Assembly (NCBI GenBank): GCA_964016885.1
Contig: OZ024751.1
Coordinates: 11,346,001-11,410,000, forward strand
Origin: Eledone cirrhosa
Lineage: Eukaryota
Direction: 5' to 3'
DNA length: 64,000 nucleotides
The translations under genes were made by a program, and so were the position numbers. The first letter of the stretch is position 1. The number at the start of each line of letters is the position of its first letter. This document shows positions 53,660-64,000 of the stretch, in pieces. Below the pieces are notes generated by a model that was not told the origin of the DNA, ran no database searches, and saw only the letters and a program-made list of their open reading frames with translations.

Positions 53660-53733
<74 letters not shown>

Positions 53734-53839
53734 GAATTCAGAGCGCAAACTCCACTAAGTCAGCTATTTTTTTTATGCGATATTGTGAATGTGGTCTTCC
53801 TACAGCTTCCCTTTCATTGGATCGTTTATCATTACAATA

Positions 53840-54525
53840 TTGGTGTTGCAGTTGTTGTTGTTACTGCTGTTATTGTTGTTTCTATTGTTGTTGTTGTTGC
53901 TGTTGTTTTTGTTGTTACTGGAGCTGTTGTTATTGCTGCTTCTGCTGTTGTTGCTATTACTGCTGTTGTTGCTATTGCTGTTTATGTTGTTGCTGCTGCT
54001 GATGTTATTGTTGTTGCTACTGCTGTGGCTTCTGCTGTTGTTGTTATTGCTGCTGTTAATGTTGTTGTTGCTGTTGTTGTTGCTATTGCTGCTGTTGATC
54101 TTGTTGTCGCTGCTGTTATTGGTGGTGCTACTGCTGATATTTTGCTGCTTCTGCTGTTGTTGTTATTGCTGCTGTTGATGTTGTTGTTGCTGCTGTTGTT
54201 GCTATTGCTGCTGTTGATGTTGTTGTTGCTGCTGTTATTGGTGGTGCTACTGCTGTTGTTGTTGATGGTGTTGTTGTTGTTGCTGCTTTTGTTGTTGGTG
54301 CTGCTGTTGTTGTTGTTGGTGCTGTTGTTGTTGTTGCTGTTGCTGTTGTTGTTAGTGCCACTGTTGTTGTCATTGTTGCTGCTGCTGTCGAGTTGCTGCT
54401 TCTGTTATTGTTGTTGCTGCTGTGTTTGTTTTTTTGACGACATTGTTCTTATGTTACTACTGATGTATTTTGTTCTTGCTTCTGTTGTTGTTGCTGCTGC
54501 TTCTGCTGTTGTTGCTATTGCTGCT

Positions 54526-54559
<34 letters not shown>

Positions 54560-54765
54560 CAGAAGTTGTTGTCGTCACTGCTCAGACTGAGTGAGAAATA
54601 TGATTAAAAGCACTCATTGCACTTCATATATAGAGAGTTGGGTTCACGATGGTAGGGCCGTGGTTTCAATACCCAGGTCAAGTGAAACATTGGGACTTGA
54701 ACATTGTTATGGCTTTCAAGAGGGAAACATTGAAATTATGATGGCAGTGATGATGATGATAATAG

Positions 54766-54822
<57 letters not shown>

Positions 54823-55045
54823 GAATGATAGCGATGATGAGGAGGATAATAGTGATGATGATGATGGTGATGATGATGATAATGATGTTGATTTTTGTTA
54901 GCCCTGATAACAGTGTTGGTGAAGATGGCGATGGTAACCATAATGAGGTGGGTGATAATGATGTTGTGGATGATGATGGGGATGATGATGATAATGTCTG
55001 CTATTAACACTGATAACAGTGATGATGATGGTGGTGGTGATGATG
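53840..55045. repeat. (GTT/GCT)n and (ATG)n trinucleotide fields
   Basis: Direct inspection. Confidence 0.85.
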
Positions 55046-55239
55046 ACTTTTAGCCATCATATTTTAAGTTATTTGTTGATGTTGCTGTGTAATAACTACT
55101 TAAATTTCCTGTTTCCCTCCCCTTACACACATCACAGCAGGTCTCTATTCCGTCTATATTGCAATACTGCTCTGCAGACAATTACTTTTCTCACATCACT
55201 ATAACACACATGCTCGTTAGCACCGGCAATTCCACACCC

Positions 55240-55262
55240 ACACACGCGCGCACACACACACA

Positions 55263-55344
<82 letters not shown>

Positions 55345-55374
55345 GAGACACACACAGACACACACATATCCACT

Positions 55375-55406
<32 letters not shown>

Positions 55407-55660
55407 GAGACACACACAGACACACACATATCCACTCTCACACACACACGCACACACACAAACTGAGACACACACAGACACACACATATCCACTCACACA
55501 CACACACACACACACACACAAACTGAGACACACACAGACACACATATATCCACTCACACACACACACACACACACACAAACTGAGACACACACACACACA
55601 CAAACTGAGACACACACAGACACACACATATCCACTCACACACACACACACTCACACACA
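55240..55660. repeat. About 60-bp CA-rich minisatellite (aaactgagacacacacagacacacacatatccactc)
   Basis: aactgagac recurs at about 55341, 55403, 55461, 55521, 55579 and 55603. Confidence 0.85.
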
Positions 55661-55949
55661 TACAGACAGGGACAGAGACATACTCATAGTCACAGACAAA
55701 AACACATTATATTTAATCAAAACTACACGAAAATACATACAACGCACACACATACACACACACACACGTGAACTCCATAAAATTGACACATACACAAAAA
55801 CACACAGGCACGCACAAACACACACACACATCATACATAATGAAAACTACGCAAAAATACATACACCACCCCCACGTGAGGGCCCGCAAATTCTCATCTG
55901 TACTCACACATATATGTGTAACAAGACTATATGAATGTACTCACAACAC

Positions 55950-55985
<36 letters not shown>

Positions 55986-56606
55986 ACACACACACACAGA
56001 TATATATATATATATAAACACGTGAGCGCCTGTAAATTTACATATACACATACACACACTCATCACACATATACAAAAGTACACTAAAACACATACAAGA
56101 AAAACCTACGCACAGACGCACGTCTACACACACACACACACGACTTACACACACAGGCACCATACAAAAATCTACACCTCACACACACACAAACTATGGT
56201 CATTCAATACATATACAGAAGTACATACACACATTCACACATACACACAAATACATATACTATAAACATAGAAAACTACACAAATACACATGTACACAGA
56301 CATTCAACCACTGTATACACAGAAATTAAGGCCGAGAGAATACCCTTCAGGAGCGCATTCTGCATAGGAAATATATATTGAGTTGAACTTTTATTACCCT
56401 TGCGATTAGAAGCTGAAAACTCTCTCTGGAAATGTATTAAATCTAAAGACAACATGCACAAGGGAGATAATTCCGATAATATTGGCTAATCCAGATTTAT
56501 AGATAATTAACACAATAGGGATAAGAATGGATTATGCTTTAAGGATAACTAGTGAAAGTAAGATACATGTTCCGATTTTAATGGAGTTTGTTTATCTGTG
56601 TGTGTT

Positions 56607-56658
<52 letters not shown>

Positions 56659-57496
56659 TGTGTGTTTATGAAAACGAGACTGTGAACTATACATATATGC
56701 GCACGCATACACACTATTTTTCTCCCTATTTCCCACATACACATTCATTCTCCCGCCATTTTCTTACAAACACACACACACACACACACTTTCTGTCCTC
56801 ATAATCTCATCCTCTCTTATACACACTGTCTTTTTTCTTATCGTTTCCTCTCGTAGGTAATTCACCCTCACGTTCGTACGACAGAAACACACCGTCTCTC
56901 ATCCCTCTCTCTCTCTCTCTCTCTCTCTCTCGCTCTGTCCCTTTCTCTCTCTCTCTCTCTCTCCCTCTCTCTCCCTCTCTCTCGCTTTGTCCCTCTCTCT
57001 CAGTCTCTCAAAAACACACCCAGACATACACATTTCCTCTCACTTTCTCTCATATACAATCTCGTACTTCTTCCCGTTTTCTCCCGCAGATAATTTACTT
57101 TCACTTTCGCACGACAGAAACACACCATCGTTCATCTCTCTCACTCACTCTCTCTGTCCCTCTCTATCTTGTTGTCTCTCTCTCTCTCTCTCTTTGAAAC
57201 CCCCCACCCCACCCTCAGTCGCTCAGTCTCTCAGAAACACAAACACACATACACTCACTCTTCACCTTCCCTCTCACACCACACAACTGTACACAAACAC
57301 ATACACACAAATACATACACTCATACACACACTGCCCTTCAATATACTTGTATGCCCTCTGTCGACACTAGCCCTATACACACCCCTGTCTATTTAAGAG
57401 GTTCCTTTTAAAAATACATTTCACCCCTTCCAATAACCCTCAGGCAGTCGGGCTTCATTTTTTAATAGTGTTTTGTCATAGCATTGTGGAAGTCTT

Positions 57497-57780
57497 GATA
57501 ATGCTGATGATGATGATGATGGTGATAAGGATGATGGTGTTGATGATGGTGATGATGATGATGATTTTGATGGGGATAATGATGATGGCGGTAATGATGA
57601 TGATGGTAATGATGGTGGTAATGGGGTCGCAGTGCAGTTGTAGATGTGGCGTGGGTAATGTAGAGGACTTTGGTTAGTTCAGCGATAATGATGACGACGA
57701 TGGTGGTGGTGGTGATGATGATGATGATAACGACAGCAATGATGATGACGATGATGGTCAGGGTGTTGGTGAGACTACGC

Positions 57781-57823
<43 letters not shown>

Positions 57824-58225
57824 GATGATGATCTGATGGTGACGACTATAATGAAGGTGATGGTGACGAAAATGATGATGATGATGATGATGATGATAAC
57901 GATGGTGATGATGACTATGATGATGGTAATAATTGTGACTATGAGGATAATGATGATGATGATGATTATGATGACGTTGGTGAGGAAGATAATAATGGTG
58001 GTGGTGATGATGATGATGATGACGATGAAGATGAAGCTGATGATGATAATGATTGTAACGATGAGAATAATGAAGATGATGATGATGATGATGACGATGA
58101 TAATGATAATGATGACGATGATGACGATGATGATGGTGATGATGATGATAATTAGGCGAACGAGGAGGAGGGGTAGGATGTGGAGGAGGAGGTTGATAAT
58201 GATGACTCTGATTATTATTATTACC
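57497..58225. repeat. (ATG)n low-complexity field
   Basis: Poly-M/D/I translations. Confidence 0.9.
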
Positions 58226-58553
58226 ATTGTTTTTGTTGCTGTTGTTGTGGTTGCTGTTTTTTCCGAATTACCATTCTCCTCTTAAAAATAAATAACAGTT
58301 AATAAATATAGAAAATAAAATAAAACAAAAACTACAAACATATAAAAAAAAAGTCTGAAAAATCGATTCTGTCTTCTTCCATATTCCTTATTTTCTTTTG
58401 CCCTTTCTTTCCTTCTTTCTTTCTTTTTCATCTTTTTTTCTGTCTTTCTTTTCCACTTTCATTTTCCTTTAAATATCTCTTCTGTCCCATCCTTATTATC
58501 ATTATTATTATTATTATTGTTGTCGTAATTATTATCATCATCATCATCATCAC

Positions 58554-58584
<31 letters not shown>

Positions 58585-59939
58585 TTTTTTTTTTGTCTTC
58601 CTGAAATTTTTTCCTCCTTTTCTTTCATTTCATTTCCCCTTCTTCCTCTCCACAATTTTTCAATTCCACATAACCCCACCCTCACCTGAACATCACCACA
58701 CTTTGCTCACACCCCAAACCATTTTCAACGTTCTTGAATAAGGAACTACAAGACTATTATTTATTTATTTATTTATTATATTCATATATTTATTATTATT
58801 TTATTTTATTTTATTTTACATTTTTTATTTCTTATTTTCTAATCATTTTTTTTTTATATTTATATATTTTATTTTTGTATTTCATAGGAATCGACCGTCA
58901 TCCCTTTTTAAACTCGGTAAAAAGGGGACACTGACCTTATGAACACTCACTAACACACAACACTACTCCATACAGTAACATCTCACCATCCAAACCACCA
59001 CCGGCAACCAACCAACGACTCAATATCATTCATAATTCTTCATCATCACCTCATACCATCCTCTCCTCGCCTTTCACAGTTCTTCCTTACTCTCTTCCCA
59101 CTCAACTCTGGCACAGAAACACTTTTAGACATTCAGTTCTCCTCCTTCTCTTTCTCCTCTCTCTCTCTCTCTCTCACTTTACTCTTTCTATCTTTATCTC
59201 CCTTTACTATCTCTGTCCCTAGCCCTCAGTCTATCTCTATCACAGTCCGGATCCCCTCATCTCCACCCTCTCTCTATCGGTTTTCCATTCTGTCTTTCTT
59301 GCCCCCCCCCCCCCTCTCTGTCTCTCTGTCATTGTAAGATATTTAGTCTGACATCTACTCCTCTATTCGCTCCCACCATTTACACTTCTACAAAACACCT
59401 CCTGCCCTTCCCTATCCCCTGAACTGTTTGCTGCCCCAAAGCAACTACCATACATACTTACTAGCAAGTTAGACAACTCAGCCGTGTTCTTGTCACCAGG
59501 GGGTGCGGCTATTAGCTAACTTGCATTTTGCATTTCAAATGCCATTAGGGAGAGAGGCGAATAAGAGAAGAGATAAAAATGTACAAACATTTTGAAACAT
59601 GCCAAATGAATTACAACCAATACTTGTATGGATTTGTTGTTATTGCAGACATTTTTATTACTTGATATAGTTGAGTTTTGTGTTGCTTCTGTTGTTGTCG
59701 TTGTTGTCGTCGTTGCTGTTGTTTTTCTTGTTGTCGTTCAGATTTTTTAGTTTTGAACTGTGGTGGTGTTGCTGCTGTTTTATATTCGATGTTTTATATT
59801 CGTAGTAAATTTGGTGGTGGCTGAGAAAGTGGCGGTTGTAGTGGTGGTATCGATGGTGAAGGTAGAAATGATTGGTCGCAATTTGCGTGGTGATGTTTTA
59901 TTTCTCCTGACAGTGCTGGTATTAATTGTGGTATTTGAG

Positions 59940-60930
<991 letters not shown>

Positions 60931-61589
60931 ATAAAACGGATATATATTACGTGAATATGAAAAAAAACCCTACATTTTGAATATATTTCTCAACAAAGGA
61001 ATCTCCTTACCCACACAAGACAATGCTATATAAAAAAAAAAAGATTTTCCACGAAGACCAGGCTGTTGTGCTCAATGCAAATTTGTATTGGAAAATATTA
61101 AATAACTAATAAATACATAAAAACCGCGAAGGAATGAAGTTGTGCCATTTGAAAGAAATCTTTCCAGTTTGGTAAAATGGATGATTTCTAGAAGACTACA
61201 ACGATTTTCAAACCTCTTTAAGCTGAGATTTAAACATTCGAGTAACTTATCTCTTTGTTTCCCTCTCTTTTGTTTTTCTTTTTCTTTTTTCTTCTCGTTT
61301 TCTTTGTTTCTCTATTCGTTAGTTTTTAGTCTGTCAGGTTTTTGCTGTAAGGTTTTTATTTCTAGTCGTTCCTTAAAAAGTCCATGCATCATCCGTATAG
61401 ATCAACAGTTTTCACGGCATATACAAAACTACACAAAAGAAACTGTTATCTATAAATATTATACAATATTTAGTATAGTATGTTATGGTATGGTCCCGTA
61501 ACTCCAGATAGAGTCGTAGGGGCACCGTATTGACATACGGCGTCTCTTGGGCATTTTAAGCCTGGCTGACCTTATCCTTTACCAGGCTT

Positions 61590-61780
61590 GAGTACAGCAA
61601 AGTTCTTCCAGAGAGAAGAAGAATCGATTCCAGTGCTAGATGGAACCTCTTTTATCGCCTTCGAAAGGATGAAAGACAAAGTTGACCTCGGCGGGATTTC
61701 AACTCGGAGAAAAGAGACAGAACCAATACCAAAAAGCAACCTATCCGACGTTCTAACGGCTCTGCCAATTCGCCGCCTAT
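61590..61780 (-). mobile_element. Old SINE copy
   Basis: aaggatgaaagacaaagttgacctcggcgggatttcaactc...ctctgccaattcgccgcct. Confidence 0.75.
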
Positions 61781-62049
61781 ACAATATGTACAAAAAACCA
61801 AAAATAACCTCTAGCACGAATAGGTACGATATTGTTGACCTAGAAGCTAAAAGTATATAATCCAGAACCTTCATATGGAATAATTAGCCACATGGTCACC
61901 AGATATTACACCTAAAGATCACAAACATAATGTTTCTAGTATTCTTAAATGCAAGCCACTCAAACACACATAAACTGGATTTAGCCAGTATATCTTAGAT
62001 TCAATCACACTTAGAATAGAAAATGTTGAATCGTTTTTTTTTCTTTTCT

Positions 62050-62780
62050 ATTAAGTGATAGAATATCAGTAATGGAGTGGTTTAATAGCATCAGCGACAA
62101 ACATCATTCTAAATTTCCTCCAGTTCGATATTATTGATTTTTGTACATCCATAACTGAACCACTTTTGAAAGCTTTAGCTCTATAGAACTGCATTGTACC
62201 TATCAGTGGATCTGATATTAATATAATTATGCACGCAAAGGAATCCATTTTTTTCTTTTGTTCTATTCTATTTTATTTATTTATTTTTGATTTTGAGAAT
62301 TCAATCTGGATAAAAAATAAATGTAGACGAAATGTTTGATGTCTCCATGTGAATATACAATAAGGCTGAACTATGCAAAATAATCTGAATTTGTTCTTTA
62401 GTTTATTTGCATATAAATATTTTCTCCCTCCCTATTAAGCCTTTATAAAGACAAGTCTTTAATCTTAGGCTCTTCATCTCAAATATTATGAATACCTATG
62501 AATTATATAGACTCAGAAATTATGTTATGAAATTATTTAGTAAAATAAGTTAAAGAATTACAATTGACACTACTAATCTTAGTACAATCAATTATTTTTA
62601 GATATCACTTAAAATTCAAATAAGAATACATTCCGCCATTATATAAGACATAACAGAAAAGGGTTATATATCAATAAAGAATGAAGCGATCTGATCCGCC
62701 TATGTTTCTATGAAACTTAATTATAAATATTAATAAACCTATTTCGCCATTTTCTTCAGATAAACCCAAGCTTCCCATTA
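62050..62780 (+). pseudogene. Decayed Penelope-like reverse transcriptase fragment
   Basis: FLQFDIIDFCTSITEPLL; DINIIMHAKESIF; MFDVSM*IYNKAELCK, compared with the PLE pattern FDIxxFYPSI...FDVxMGSYDGAEvCEL; FLDIT; many stops and frameshifts. Confidence 0.75.
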
Positions 62781-63104
62781 GTAAAAGGAAACATTACCCT
62801 ATAGTTCCTCTTTGTATAAAATCAGGGTGGTCACGGATAGCACGCCTTTTCTTCAAAGGTTTGCTATATCTAGGCGATTACACGGCTTCAACAAACTATC
62901 TCAAACTATCTCTTCTTCGACATCGGTTACCACATAAGAAGTACCATTGTTTCAAATACCGCCAACACCACAACTAACTACCCGCACCATATTGACTACC
63001 ACCACTACTGTTGCCAACACTACAAATGTCACTACTACCACCGCAACCATAGTCTCACAACTCAGTAATGCGACGTACACATAGACAGGTAGCTCATACA
63101 CACA

Positions 63105-63870
63105 CATGAACTCTCAACATATATACACATGCACACACATCATACTCACACAACGTATGAACTCACAACATACACACACATCCCTTGCACTCACAACATA
63201 CGACATATTAACTCACAACATACTCACCCAACGGATGAACTTACAACATATTCACCCAACGCATGAACTCACAACATACCCACTCAACGCGTGAACTCCC
63301 AACATATATACAACGGATGAACTTACAACATACACACACATCCCTTGCACTCACAACATACACATACAACATATGAACTCACAACATACTCACCAAACGG
63401 ATGAACTCACAACATACACACCCAACCCTTGCACTCACAACATACACATACAACATATGAACTCACAACATACTCACCAAACGGATGAACTCACAACATA
63501 CACACATACCCCTTGCACTCACAACATACACATACAACATATGAACTCACAATATACTCACCAAACGAATGAACTCACAACATACACACTCAACCCTTGC
63601 ACTCACAACATACACACTCAACGTAAAACTCACAACATACATACTCAATGGATGAACTCACAACATACACACTCAACGTATGAACTCACAACATACACAC
63701 TCAACCCTTGCACTCACAACATACACACACAAAACATCCACTCACAACATACACACACAAAACACGGACTCACAACATACACACACAAAACACGCACTCG
63801 CAACATACACACACAAAACATGCACTCACAAGATACACACACAAAACACGGACTCACAACATACACACAC
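63105..63870. repeat. CA-rich minisatellite (actcacaacatacacac variants)
   Basis: Recurrent gaactcacaacatac and cccttgcactcacaac. Confidence 0.85.
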
Positions 63871-64000
63871 AAGGAGTTACATCACACACAACAGATACAC
63901 ACACCTGTACACACAATATACATACACAACGGTTACACGACATATTATCCACACAATATACACAGACAATGTCATGTCCAATCTTTGCCTCCATACAAAA

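Larger units (their letters stand above)
53321..53664. mobile_element. Near-perfect 340-bp palindrome with a hammerhead in each arm
   Basis: 53321-53470 is the reverse complement of 53515-53664; central hairpin cttttggaggct/agcctccaaaag; same family as 40360-40480. Confidence 0.88.

Overview
Eukaryotic, AT- and microsatellite-rich intronic or intergenic DNA, most likely from an octopod cephalopod (inferred from the dominant tRNA-derived SINE and the RTE families). No host protein-coding gene is confidently identifiable, and nearly all track ORFs are translations of simple repeats. The window holds one apparently intact 4.2-kb RTE LINE (1181-aa ORF with APE, RT and three C2H2 fingers) and four short bipartite non-autonomous derivatives of it. 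It also has decayed fragments of RTE, RTE-X, R4/Dong, CRE and Penelope-like elements, about 20 SINE copies, a Helitron-type short element and several minisatellites. The most striking signal, found by hand, is about 16 minimal type I hammerhead ribozyme motifs from roughly nine sequence families, almost all with a palindromic or near-palindromic stem III. Most lie in short non-coding fold-back units bordered by (TA)n microsatellites, and two carry a U3-A8 core variant. This points to a dense population of non-autonomous Penelope-like ribozyme elements. All folds were done by eye and none has been tested for activity.
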